A stretch of DNA of 64,000 bases from a virus (taxonomy: Duplodnaviria > Caudoviricetes), in the IMG/VR virus record IMGVR_UViG_3300044266_000273, positions 1 to 64,000 of that record, one strand, 5' to 3'. Below the pieces are notes generated by a model. The model saw only the letters and a list, made by a program, of their open reading frames with translations. It was not told the origin of the DNA and searched no databases. The position numbers were made by a program, and so were the translations under genes. The first letter of the stretch is position 1, and the number at the start of each line of letters is the position of its first letter. This document shows positions 51,475-61,168 of this stretch, one piece after another.

Positions 51475-52263
51475 TTATTCAGGTCTTTTAAAAGGTTGTT
51501 TAAATTTCCAGAGGCCTTTTTCCTCACCTTGATATACCATTTCTTCGACAGCTAAATCAACAGCTGCCTTTACAGCATATATAGTCGGTTCGGTACTTGT
51601 ACTTCCTATTTCATTTTCAAATGAACGTGTTCCTTGATTGAAAAATTTAAATGTGGCCACAGAAGTTGCAACACTCAATAACGTTTTTTGTGTATTCACA
51701 GTTAAAATAACTTCTCCTGTTTGCACATTCACCGCTCTCAAGGATACAGTCACTATATCTTCTTGGTATTGTGTCATTGGCCCAATACCCAAATAACGCC
51801 ATCCAAAACCACCAGTTCTTTTATTCGTATCGTAAGATACAATAGAACCTTCAATAATCATTCCTGCATATAAAATAGGTCTTAATATATTTACATCTTT
51901 TGCCTCTTCACGTGCGGACCTAATTAATTGTCTTTCTTTGAGCAAGTTATCTAAACCAACTCGCTCAACAATACGAAACCATTTACCATCTCCAACATCT
52001 GCTAACGCCTTGAGTAATAATGATTCTGCACCTTGTGTGACTGCGGATGATAATTTGGCAACGCCACCACCATCTTTTCTTTGACCAGTCTTGTCGGTGA
52101 AGTTATAAACCGCAACTACAATAGGCTGTGATGTTTCGGGCTCAGGAAAGGGGCGCTTGAATTTTGTCGGCTCAACTTTCTCTGCATCCTGAGTGTCCCA
52201 TACCATAGGCAACTCAGCACATCCAGCAAATAATACCAACAATAAAAGTATAATTTTTTTCAT
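51475..52263 (-). CDS. csgG: Curli secretion pore CsgG-like lipoprotein
   Basis: Lipobox LFAGC; VAVYNFTDKTGQ, SSAVTQGA, VERVGLDNLLKERQLIR, EGSIVSYDTN. Confidence 0.92.
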   Translation of the reverse strand: MKKIILLLLVLFAGCAELPMVWDTQDAEKVEPTKFKRPFPEPETSQPIVVAVYNFTDKTGQRKDGGGVAKLSSAVTQGAESLLLKALADVGDGKWFRIVERVGLDNLLKERQLIRSAREEAKDVNILRPILYAGMIIEGSIVSYDTNKRTGGFGWRYLGIGPMTQYQEDIVTVSLRAVNVQTGEVILTVNTQKTLLSVATSVATFKFFNQGTRSFENEIGSTSTEPTIYAVKAAVDLAVEEMVYQGEEKGLWKFKQPFKRPE

Positions 52264-52709
52264 CAGAACTTAAATTGAGCTATAGGAATAGTAATTTGTG
52301 TAACACTACCATCCGCACCAACGACAGTGAGACTAATTTCATCACCATTTTTTGAGTATGTGATTGTGTTGCCAGATATGACAACTGATCCAGAATTTTT
52401 TGGATTTTCTCCGAATAAATTATTTACCAATTGAGAAGAAAGCTGTGCATACACACGTGATTCAAAGTTATTTAGAAACTTGGCCAAATTGGTATTGCCA
52501 GCTGCGGCCGCAGCATCTTTTGCTGCCTGAAGTTTTGCATTTTCAATCGCATCTTTACGAGTCTTTTCACTGTTCTCAATCGTTTGTACGTGGGCTGAAT
52601 AACTGATACCGTTGAAAGCCGGAGATTTAAACGTCTGTACTAATTCTGCATATACTGAACTACTTAGGATCAGTAGTGGTATCAATAGATAGTTCTTTAT
52701 TCTTTTCAT
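52263..52709 (-). CDS. csgF: Curli assembly factor CsgF-like
   Basis: Signal peptide then ELVQTFKSPAFNG; F..N.ESRVYAQLS; GSVTQITIP. Confidence 0.82.
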   Translation of the reverse strand: MKRIKNYLLIPLLILSSSVYAELVQTFKSPAFNGISYSAHVQTIENSEKTRKDAIENAKLQAAKDAAAAAGNTNLAKFLNNFESRVYAQLSSQLVNNLFGENPKNSGSVVISGNTITYSKNGDEISLTVVGADGSVTQITIPIAQFKF

Positions 52710-52944
52710 CTTTTAACTCCCTCAACATCAATACGATGTTTACCTTTTGGTTTAAACGTATTAAATCGTTATCTAACATACGTATGCGGTCAATCAATGC
52801 TATGAGTGTGCTGTTGGCTTCACCCAAAACAGGCTTGATTTCTTTTGTTACCCAAGTCCATACGTAGTATATGAAATATCCCATGCCAGCAGCACTGACG
52901 ATTGGGAATCCATACTTATTAATCAGTTCCGCTAGATCGCCCAT
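52660..52944 (-). CDS. Small membrane protein (GFPI motif, TM + coiled coil; holin/YvrJ-like)
   Basis: INKYGFPIVSAAGMGYFIYYVW; paralogue of 53098-53376. Confidence 0.55.
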   Translation of the reverse strand: MGDLAELINKYGFPIVSAAGMGYFIYYVWTWVTKEIKPVLGEANSTLIALIDRIRMLDNDLIRLNQKVNIVLMLRELKDEKNKELSIDTTTDPK

Positions 52945-53098
52945 CTTGCACTTTCTTAAACATAATACGGCCATCTCTTGTCACATGTGCAACAAACTTA
53001 TCTCCGTTTTTTACTTTTATACTTTCGGGACTTAACTCTTCATCCATAAGAATCGTTCCATCATCAAGCAATTCAAACAAATAATCAGCAAATAACAT
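52919..53098 (-). CDS. Small AbrB/SpoVT-like protein (not in ORF track)
   Basis: Manual translation MLFADYLFELLDDGTILMDEELSPESIKVKNGDKFVAHVTRDGRIMFKKV...; TGATG coupling. Confidence 0.5.
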   Translation of the reverse strand: MLFADYLFELLDDGTILMDEELSPESIKVKNGDKFVAHVTRDGRIMFKKVQDGRSSGTD

Positions 53099-53376
53099 CA
53101 GTCTCTCCTTGCATCATTTTTGCCATCAGCACGAGCAATTCTATCCACATCGGGCTTTACACCGAGTGCATTCGAAACGAGAGTGTCAATTCGGATTACA
53201 TCATGATTCATCGTTTTAACACGATTGTCTAAGGCCATAATTATGCCTTTGATGCCATTGACAGATCCTGTAACACCTTGTAAAATAAACTTCAGTGTCA
53301 GGAAAACAAAATAACCTGCTGCAAGAGCAGCTGCAATAGGAAAACCTACTTCCGCAACTAATTTGAAAAAATCCAC
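53098..53376 (-). CDS. Small membrane protein (GFPI motif, TM + coiled coil)
   Basis: GTG start after AAGGTGA; VAEVGFPIAAALAAGYFVF. Confidence 0.6.
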   Translation of the reverse strand: MDFFKLVAEVGFPIAAALAAGYFVFLTLKFILQGVTGSVNGIKGIIMALDNRVKTMNHDVIRIDTLVSNALGVKPDVDRIARADGKNDARRD

Positions 53377-53467
53377 AACGTCACCTTTTCTTATTATTTT
53401 TGGTGGCAATGTTGTTGCCTGACACTTGTATGTTCTGTTCAAGCCATATATAATATAGTACAACATC

Positions 53468-53475
53468 TATTTATG
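53468..53475 (-). promoter_or_regulatory. Late-promoter-like CATAAATA for the minus-strand operon
   Basis: TATTTATG on + strand; same variant precedes gp18 (18542). Confidence 0.5.
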
Positions 53476-53514
53476 CGAAGCCTCCTTTTCGCACAACCTT
53501 TAGGATTTCACATT

Positions 53515-53820
53515 ATGAAAATACTTGCACTAAAATTGATCACCCATGAAGAAGTGTTGGGTGAAATAGAATCGGAATCTGAAACTGAATTTGTACTGGT
53601 AAATCCAGTTGGAATTGCAGTGGTTCGCGGTAAAGACGGTATGCCTAACGTTGGATTTTCACCTTTTCCATTACATGCCGAACAAAAAACGGGTACAACT
53701 ATTGTATTGGCCAAGAAACATGTAGTATACTCCTACACTCCAGCTGAAGATTTTGTAAATAATTATAATCAAATTTTTGGTTCTGGAATTGTTCTACCTT
53801 CCAAACAACTTATCATCTGA
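53515..53820 (+). CDS. Conserved hypothetical (Sm-like) protein upstream of gp43
   Basis: LKLITHEEVLG, YNQIFGSGIVLP. Confidence 0.6.
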   Translation: MKILALKLITHEEVLGEIESESETEFVLVNPVGIAVVRGKDGMPNVGFSPFPLHAEQKTGTTIVLAKKHVVYSYTPAEDFVNNYNQIFGSGIVLPSKQLII

Positions 53821-56381
53821 TGGCTCATTTCTATACCAGCGTACAATGTATCGGTAATTACATTCTGTACCGTGGCGTAAAAGACGGTAAAAGAATCAAA
53901 CAGAGAATTGACTATTCTCCTTCATTGTATCTGCCTGCACGTAAACGTACACAAGCAACACACAAAACCCTTGATGGATTAGACCTGGATCGCAAGGAAT
54001 TCGAAGACATTCGTTCCGCCAGAGACTTTATTAAACAGTTCGATGGTATTCCTGGTGCACCAAAAATCTATGGTAATACTCGATATGAGTATGCATATAT
54101 TGCCGACCAACACGAAGATATGGTGGATTGGGACCAAGAACATATATTGATTGGTATTGTCGATATTGAGGTCGGTTCGGAAAATGGATTCCCTGATCCA
54201 TATGAGGCGAATGAACCAATAACGGCTATTACCATTTCTTATTTGAATGGTCATACTTATGTCTATGGTTGTGGTGATTATCAAAACAATGATCCAGAAA
54301 ACATCAGTTATCACAAATGTAAAGATGAATGGTCACTTTGCAAAAGTTTCCTTCTAGCGTGGATGAACAAAACACCAGATGTCATTACTGGTTGGAATAC
54401 GAAGTTCTTTGATATTCCATACATCATCAACCGTTTTCGTAAAATCTTAGGTGAAGATGAAACCAAGAAGTTATCGCCTTGGAATTATATCTCCGAAAGA
54501 AATACAGTAATCAATGGTCGACCACTAAAGGCGTATGAAATGTCTGGTATCGCATCACTTGATTATATTGAACTCTACAAATGGTATGCGCCAGGTGGAA
54601 AATCACAAGAATCATATAGGCTCGACAATATTGCCAACGTAGAACTGGGTGAAGGTAAAATCTCTTTTGATGAATATGATAATCTGCACCAACTTTACAG
54701 ATTAAATTATCAGAAGTTCATTGAATATAATATCAAAGACGTACATCTGATTATCAAACTTGAAGATAAGTTGAGGCTGTTGGAATTGGCTTTGACTCTT
54801 GCATATGACACCAAATCAAATTATGAGGATGTATTTGCACAAACAAGAATGTGGGATTCTCTGACATATTCATATCTGTTGAAACAGAATATTGTGGTTC
54901 CACCAAAAGAAGTTAAAGAGAAAGATGCCGCATTTGAAGGTGCTTATGTTAAAGATCCACAAGTTGGTATACATGAATGGGTTGCTTCTTTTGACTTGAA
55001 TAGTCTGTATCCACATCTGATGATGCAATATAACATTTCACCAGAAACATTGGTTCAGCCAGAAAATTATACGGAAGAAATGCGTAATGTTATTTCTCAA
55101 GGCGTAAACGTTCATAAATTACTGCTTAAGTCGGTTAATCTGTCAAATTTGACTGATGTGACGATTACCCCAAATGGTCAATTCTTCCGCACTGATATTC
55201 AAGGGTTCTTGCCAAAGATGTTAGAAGAAATGTATGAAGATCGCAAGAAATTCAAAAAAATGATGATTCAGGCAAAGAAAGACTATGAGGTTGAAACTGA
55301 TGATTCTAAAAAATATGAACTAGAGAAAAAGATTGCACGATTAAATAATCTTCAGTTGGCCAAAAAAGTATCATTGAACTCAGCTTATGGTGCGCTTGGT
55401 TCACAATACTTTAGATTCTATGATTTGAGAATGGCACTTGGTGTTACCACTGCTGGTCAGTTGTCTATTCGGTGGATTGAGGCTAAAATCAACGACTACA
55501 TGAATAAGATTCTAAAAACGGAAGATGTTGATTATGTCATTGCTTCTGACACAGATTCAATTTATTTGCGATTGGGTGATTTGGTTCATAAGGTTTATGG
55601 TGCAGATAAAGCTGCATCCTCACCTAAATTGAAGACTATTGAATTTATGGATAAGGTCTGTGAAGAACGATTGCAGCCATATATTGACAAATCTTATAAA
55701 GAATTGGCAGAATATGTACATGCGTATGCACAGAAAATGCAGATGAAACGTGAGGGTCTTTCTGATAAAGGTGTCTGGACGGCCAAGAAGAGATATATCT
55801 TAAACGTATATAATAATGAGGGTGTTCAATATAAAGAACCGCACATGAAGATTATGGGTTTGGAAATGATTAAGTCTTCCACACCTTCCGCCATCCGTGA
55901 AAAGATGACAGAAACAATTAAGATCATGATGACTGGTACCGAATCTGATGTGCAAAATTTCATACAAGAGTTTAAAGATAGGTTTAAAAAGTTGCCACCA
56001 GAAGAGATATCCTTTCCTCGTGGTTTGAATGGGCTCAAAACATATTCGGATCCGGCATCTTTGTATACGAAAGGTACACCAATTCACGTAAAAGGTGCCA
56101 TTCTATATAATCATTACCTCAAACAGTATGGTCTGACTAAACGGTATCCATTAATTCAAGAAGGTGAGAAGATTAAGTTTACCTATCTCAAGACACCAAA
56201 TCACTTCAAAGATACCGTAATTTCATATCCCGGTAGGTTACCAAAAGAGTTTGAGCTTGACAAATACATTGATTATGATTTACAATTCGAAAAAGCATTT
56301 CTGGAACCCATCAGAGTTATCTTGGACTGTGTGAAATGGAAAGTTGAGAAGACCAGTTCATTGGAAGATTTTTTCAGTTAA
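53820..56381 (+). CDS. gp43: Family B DNA polymerase gp43
   Basis: DIEV exo, FDLNSLYP, KVSLNSAYG, DTDS, SLEDFF clamp-binding tail. Confidence 0.98.
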   Translation: MAHFYTSVQCIGNYILYRGVKDGKRIKQRIDYSPSLYLPARKRTQATHKTLDGLDLDRKEFEDIRSARDFIKQFDGIPGAPKIYGNTRYEYAYIADQHEDMVDWDQEHILIGIVDIEVGSENGFPDPYEANEPITAITISYLNGHTYVYGCGDYQNNDPENISYHKCKDEWSLCKSFLLAWMNKTPDVITGWNTKFFDIPYIINRFRKILGEDETKKLSPWNYISERNTVINGRPLKAYEMSGIASLDYIELYKWYAPGGKSQESYRLDNIANVELGEGKISFDEYDNLHQLYRLNYQKFIEYNIKDVHLIIKLEDKLRLLELALTLAYDTKSNYEDVFAQTRMWDSLTYSYLLKQNIVVPPKEVKEKDAAFEGAYVKDPQVGIHEWVASFDLNSLYPHLMMQYNISPETLVQPENYTEEMRNVISQGVNVHKLLLKSVNLSNLTDVTITPNGQFFRTDIQGFLPKMLEEMYEDRKKFKKMMIQAKKDYEVETDDSKKYELEKKIARLNNLQLAKKVSLNSAYGALGSQYFRFYDLRMALGVTTAGQLSIRWIEAKINDYMNKILKTEDVDYVIASDTDSIYLRLGDLVHKVYGADKAASSPKLKTIEFMDKVCEERLQPYIDKSYKELAEYVHAYAQKMQMKREGLSDKGVWTAKKRYILNVYNNEGVQYKEPHMKIMGLEMIKSSTPSAIREKMTETIKIMMTGTESDVQNFIQEFKDRFKKLPPEEISFPRGLNGLKTYSDPASLYTKGTPIHVKGAILYNHYLKQYGLTKRYPLIQEGEKIKFTYLKTPNHFKDTVISYPGRLPKEFELDKYIDYDLQFEKAFLEPIRVILDCVKWKVEKTSSLEDFFS

Positions 56382-56390
56382 GGAAATAAC

Positions 56391-57431
56391 ATGAGTATAC
56401 TTGACAAAATTAAAAAGAACACATCAATCAAAGATTCAGCCATTCTGGCTAAATCGAAGTTTTTTACAAACAAGGATATGATTCCCACTCCTATTCCTGT
56501 TGTTAACGTTGCACTATCTGGCAAACTAGATGGTGGGTTAACGCCAGGTCTAACAATGTGGGCAGGTCCATCCAAACACTTCAAGACAGCATTTTCATTG
56601 TTGATGGCCAAGTCATATATGGACAAGTATGAAGATTCTGCTTTGTTGTTTTATGATTCTGAATTTGGCACACCGCAATCCTACTTTGATTCATTTGAGA
56701 TTGACAAAGAAAGAGTTTTGCATACACCTATTACCGACATTGAACAATTGAAGTTTGATATCATGGGACAACTTTCAAACATTGAACGTGGCGAACGTTT
56801 GATTATTGTGATTGATTCAATTGGTAATCTGGCATCCAAGAAAGAAGTTGAAGATGCACTAGAAGGAAAATCTGTTGCAGATATGTCCCGTGCCAAACAA
56901 ATTAAATCATTGTTTCGTATGGTGACCCCGCACTTAACACTCAAAGATATTCCCATGATTGTTGTCAATCATACTTACAAAGAAATTGGAATGTTCCCCA
57001 AAGACATTGTTGGTGGCGGCACAGGCAGTTATTATTCTGCTGATAACATCTTTATCATTGGTCGTCAACAAGAAAAAGATGGGCAAGAAATCACTGGTTA
57101 TAATTTTATCATTAACGTAGAGAAGTCTAGATATGTCAAAGAAAAATCTAAAATACCTGTTACTGTATCTTTCAACGGTGGTATCAGCAGGTGGTCTGGC
57201 CTACTTGACTTGGCTCTTGAGTCCAAACATGTGGTTAAACCATCCAATGGGTGGTATTCTAAGGTAAACGTCAAGACTGGTGAAGTTGAAGATAAAAAAT
57301 ACCGAGAAAAGGATACTGATACCAAAGAGTTCTGGTTCGACATTCTTGCCGATCCATCTTTTGCTGAATTTATTGAAAGCAAATACCGCGTGGCATCTTC
57401 CGAAATCATAAATTATGAGGATGAAGAATGA
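56391..57431 (+). CDS. uvsX: RecA-like recombinase UvsX
   Basis: AGPSKHFKT, YDSEFG, IDSIGNLASKKE. Confidence 0.96.
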   Translation: MSILDKIKKNTSIKDSAILAKSKFFTNKDMIPTPIPVVNVALSGKLDGGLTPGLTMWAGPSKHFKTAFSLLMAKSYMDKYEDSALLFYDSEFGTPQSYFDSFEIDKERVLHTPITDIEQLKFDIMGQLSNIERGERLIIVIDSIGNLASKKEVEDALEGKSVADMSRAKQIKSLFRMVTPHLTLKDIPMIVVNHTYKEIGMFPKDIVGGGTGSYYSADNIFIIGRQQEKDGQEITGYNFIINVEKSRYVKEKSKIPVTVSFNGGISRWSGLLDLALESKHVVKPSNGWYSKVNVKTGEVEDKKYREKDTDTKEFWFDILADPSFAEFIESKYRVASSEIINYEDEE

Positions 57432-57751
57432 TTGAAGGTATTGATTATTGTTTTGTCTATCCTAAAAATGACGGCACTTCGGTACATGTTCGTTTATTGA
57501 CCGGACCATATAAAGATACCTTGTTCAAATATGGCAAGGTAAAGTTTGACGAAAAAGACGGTGATATGTATTTACTTTTTCGTTATGATGTGTTAGAATC
57601 TACAGTGATGAAACCATCAAAGATGGAAAAGGACGCAAACGTCAAACAATACCTCGGTGACTTATTGGTTGAAATCATGTCATCTAACATTGAACAGGAT
57701 ATTATTGATGAGACTGGAACAGACGATACTGAAAAATCTAATCTTCAATGA
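57428..57751 (+). CDS. Hypothetical protein at gp40 position
   Basis: Between uvsX and gp41. Confidence 0.5.
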   Translation: MIEGIDYCFVYPKNDGTSVHVRLLTGPYKDTLFKYGKVKFDEKDGDMYLLFRYDVLESTVMKPSKMEKDANVKQYLGDLLVEIMSSNIEQDIIDETGTDDTEKSNLQ

Positions 57752-59075
57752 AGATTACCTTAGAAAAGTTTTACCGTTTTTAAAAGACGAGTATTTTACC
57801 GATAGAACCGAAAAGACACTCTTTCATGAAATTACATCGTTCACGGAAAGTTACAATACTACAACGAACATTGAAGCGCTTCTATTGGCCGTCAAAGAAA
57901 GGCGTTCTCTCACAGATGACGAGGTGGAGAAGTGCAAAACTTATCTACAGGAAATTGAGAAGACTAAAAACGAAGAATCCAAGGTTCAATGGCTTGTTGA
58001 CAAAACGGAAAAATTTTGCCAAGAAAAGGCGATATACAATGCTGTACTCGGGTCTATTTCTATACTGGACGGAAAAGACAAAACGCACGACAAAGGTCAG
58101 ATTCCCAAGATATTATCGGACGCCTTGGCGGTAAGTTTTGATAATTCGGTTGGCCATGATTACTTGGAGAACTCAGATGCACGATATGAATTCTATCATC
58201 GACATGAAAGTAGAATACCTTTCGATTTAGATTATTTCAACAAGATCACAAAAGGTGGGCTTCCAAATAAAACACTGAACATCGCCTTGGCTGGTACAGG
58301 TGTCGGTAAATCTCTTTTCATGTGTCACGTGGCTGCTGGTGCCATGGTGCAAGGCAAAAATGTATTGTATATCACGTTAGAAATGGCCGAAGAAAAGATT
58401 GCAGAACGTATTGATGCAAATCTTTTGAATGTAACTGTAGATGAACTTTCAGAACTGCCAAAAGAATTATATGATAAGAAAATCAAAAAGGTCCGTGATA
58501 AGACTGTTGGTAAACTTATCATCAAAGAATATCCGACTGCATCAGCTTCAACGACACACTTTAGAACATTATTGAATGAACTGAATCTCAAAAAGTCTTT
58601 TGTACCAGATATTATTTTCATAGACTATTTGAACATCTGTTGTTCTTCACGCATCAAAGCTGGTGCCAACGTTAATTCATATACATACGTTAAAGCGATT
58701 GCAGAAGAGTTACGTGGTATGGCTGTCGAATTCGATGTTCCAATTGTTTCTGCCACACAGACTACAAGAAGTGGTTTTACAAGTAGTGATCCTGGCCTAG
58801 AAGATACGTCTGAATCTTTTGGTTTGCCAGCAACTGCTGACTTGATGTTTGCTCTCATCTCGTCTGAAGATTTGGAAGAGCTTGGTCAAATCATGGTCAA
58901 ACAATTGAAAAATCGTTATTCTGATCCAACACAGTATAAAAGATTTGCTGTGGGTATTGACCGTGCAAAGATGAGACTGTATGATGTTGAACAATCTGCA
59001 CAAAATGATATCATAGATTCTGGACCAACACAACAGAAGCCACAGAAAAAATCATTTGATGGTTTTAAAGTATGA
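57708..59075 (+). CDS. gp41: Replicative helicase gp41
   Basis: AGTGVGKS, LEMAEE, IDYLNIC, SESFGLP, KQLKNRY. Confidence 0.96.
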   Translation: MRLEQTILKNLIFNEDYLRKVLPFLKDEYFTDRTEKTLFHEITSFTESYNTTTNIEALLLAVKERRSLTDDEVEKCKTYLQEIEKTKNEESKVQWLVDKTEKFCQEKAIYNAVLGSISILDGKDKTHDKGQIPKILSDALAVSFDNSVGHDYLENSDARYEFYHRHESRIPFDLDYFNKITKGGLPNKTLNIALAGTGVGKSLFMCHVAAGAMVQGKNVLYITLEMAEEKIAERIDANLLNVTVDELSELPKELYDKKIKKVRDKTVGKLIIKEYPTASASTTHFRTLLNELNLKKSFVPDIIFIDYLNICCSSRIKAGANVNSYTYVKAIAEELRGMAVEFDVPIVSATQTTRSGFTSSDPGLEDTSESFGLPATADLMFALISSEDLEELGQIMVKQLKNRYSDPTQYKRFAVGIDRAKMRLYDVEQSAQNDIIDSGPTQQKPQKKSFDGFKV

Positions 59076-60178
59076 ATCTAAACAAAGAGGAGGCTTTGCA
59101 TTGTGCAAAGGTATTTCATGACTACTTTTCCAACTTTCACCGAGTGGATGATTATATGCGGGATCAGAAATTGGCATCTCTGCGTGATCTTCCTTCAAAT
59201 CCTCTTTTTCCTCTAGAAGACGATTTATTCTCCGATTTCTCCATGCATCCACAAGACATGGACTTTGAAGTATGTGAAATACAACAAGAAACATGGGAAA
59301 CACTACTCAATATTACCTCTTCACATATCAATATTTCACCAGTTGGCCGTCAAATTAGGCTGGCGGTATTGGAAAAAAATACAAACAAATATGTTGGATT
59401 TCTAAGATTAGGTTCACCAGTTATAAACTGTAAACCACGAAATGAATTTTTAGGTCAAGTGTTCACACAGAAACCGGAATGGGCCACCAGATTCAACAAT
59501 TCATCAATGATGGGATTCGTCATTGTGCCATCACAGCCATTTGGATACAATTATTTGGGCGGTAAACTTTTGGCTGCCATTTGTTGTTCACATGAAGTGA
59601 GAGAAATGGTCAACAAAAAATATGGTATGAACTTGTGTTTGTTCGAAACCACAAGCCTCTATGGCAGTTCAAAACAAGTTTCACAGTATGATGGTATGAA
59701 ACCTTACATACGATATAAAGGACTTACAGACAGTGATTTTGTTCCGTTGATGCACGGCAAAACGTATGAAGACCTGAGAAACTTTGTGGAAAATAAGATT
59801 GGTGAAATAGTTGATCCGGATTCTTCAAGTAAAAAACTTAAAACTACCATGAGAATCGTGGCCTTGGTAAAATCAGCACTTAAAGGATCACCTGAGGCAG
59901 CAGCATTCTTGGAAACGATTGAGAACGCCAAAAGGTTGACAGAAAAGAAAAGATATTATACTTCAGATTATGGTTTCAAGAACAGTGTGGAATATGTTAA
60001 CTGTTTGTCCGATAAGTTAATTCCCGGAGAAAACTACGAAAAACATCATTTGGTAAACTTGGTTTCTTGGTGGAAAAACAAGGCTTCAAACAGATATGAA
60101 ACTTTGAAGAATGAAGGAAGAATGAAGACTGAATTGGAAGTGTGGACGTCCGGGAAAGACATACAGATAATCAGATAA
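59072..60178 (+). CDS. DUF4338/DruA-like protein, copy 2
   Basis: VPSQPFGYNYLGGKLLAAIC, ETTSLYG, SQYDG. Confidence 0.6.
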   Translation: MNLNKEEALHCAKVFHDYFSNFHRVDDYMRDQKLASLRDLPSNPLFPLEDDLFSDFSMHPQDMDFEVCEIQQETWETLLNITSSHINISPVGRQIRLAVLEKNTNKYVGFLRLGSPVINCKPRNEFLGQVFTQKPEWATRFNNSSMMGFVIVPSQPFGYNYLGGKLLAAICCSHEVREMVNKKYGMNLCLFETTSLYGSSKQVSQYDGMKPYIRYKGLTDSDFVPLMHGKTYEDLRNFVENKIGEIVDPDSSSKKLKTTMRIVALVKSALKGSPEAAAFLETIENAKRLTEKKRYYTSDYGFKNSVEYVNCLSDKLIPGENYEKHHLVNLVSWWKNKASNRYETLKNEGRMKTELEVWTSGKDIQIIR

Positions 60179-60201
60179 ATACTTTTATTTGAGGTTTTCA
60201 C

Positions 60202-61152
60202 ATGGCTTCTAATTTAGCTCCTTCGGAATTATATAAAAAAGGTAGAGAAGAAAGAATAGTTATCTTTATACAGAAATATGAACGCGGAGATGAATTCGAA
60301 CTTGTCACATCAATTAATGGAAAAAAGAAAGTTAAACTCATCTTTGATTTGAGTATTCATAAAAGATTAAAAAATAAAATTAATCCAGGCACAATAGTGT
60401 TTCAAACAAATTTAGGTAAAGAAATAAAATTATCCAATTTAGCTAAAACATCAGAATTTGGTGGAATGGCCGATAAAAAAATAAGCACGACTCATATTGA
60501 AGAAAAAGAAATTATTTCAATTCGTGAACAGTTGATAGATATAAAGAAAAAATTAGCAACAACAACTGTTCCAATTAAAATAAAAAATACTATTTATGAG
60601 GTTTATGATATACAAAAAACTCCAGGAACACCAAAATCCGATTTTCATTTCTTAGATATAAATGGAAAAGAAATTGTTTGGATGTCACATAAAGATGGTC
60701 GAACCGCAAAGGACTTTCAACAATGGGGGGGAATTTCTAAAAATGTTCCAAACACACACAATCATAAAGAAACAAAAGAATTTTTAAAATCATTAAAGGA
60801 AAATTTCGATGATGGGTTACCAAGAGGTGCGAATGTTGTTAAAGAAATTAAAGATAATAATTTAAAAAATAAATCTGTATATGGTGATGACTTCAAACAA
60901 GGAAGTAGACAATATGGAAGAGATAATGTGCAACTTGTTTTGCAGGGTCCAGTCAAGCTTGTTAAAAAGAATTCTTATTATGAAATTGATGCCAATCACA
61001 CCAGTGAAAATGGAAAAATTATGAAAGGCGATTACGAGCCGACCTTTACAGCCCAATATCGAAGTGACAGAAATGATCCTGTTCCACATTCAAGATCATC
61101 AATTTGGCCGAAATATGTGGAAAAAAGAAAAAATACCATAAAAATAAAATAA
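60202..61152 (+). CDS. Basic protein with PD-(D/E)xK-like nuclease motif
   Basis: TPKSDF...WMSHKDG..FQQWGG; very AT-rich; GATAAATA at 60174. Confidence 0.5.
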   Translation: MASNLAPSELYKKGREERIVIFIQKYERGDEFELVTSINGKKKVKLIFDLSIHKRLKNKINPGTIVFQTNLGKEIKLSNLAKTSEFGGMADKKISTTHIEEKEIISIREQLIDIKKKLATTTVPIKIKNTIYEVYDIQKTPGTPKSDFHFLDINGKEIVWMSHKDGRTAKDFQQWGGISKNVPNTHNHKETKEFLKSLKENFDDGLPRGANVVKEIKDNNLKNKSVYGDDFKQGSRQYGRDNVQLVLQGPVKLVKKNSYYEIDANHTSENGKIMKGDYEPTFTAQYRSDRNDPVPHSRSSIWPKYVEKRKNTIKIK

Positions 61153-61168
61153 CCATGATTGAAATATT

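Noticed and set aside
53820-56381. Introns or inteins in gp43, gp17, gp41 or gp20
   Set aside because: Lengths and motif spacing are ordinary, with no interruptions seen.
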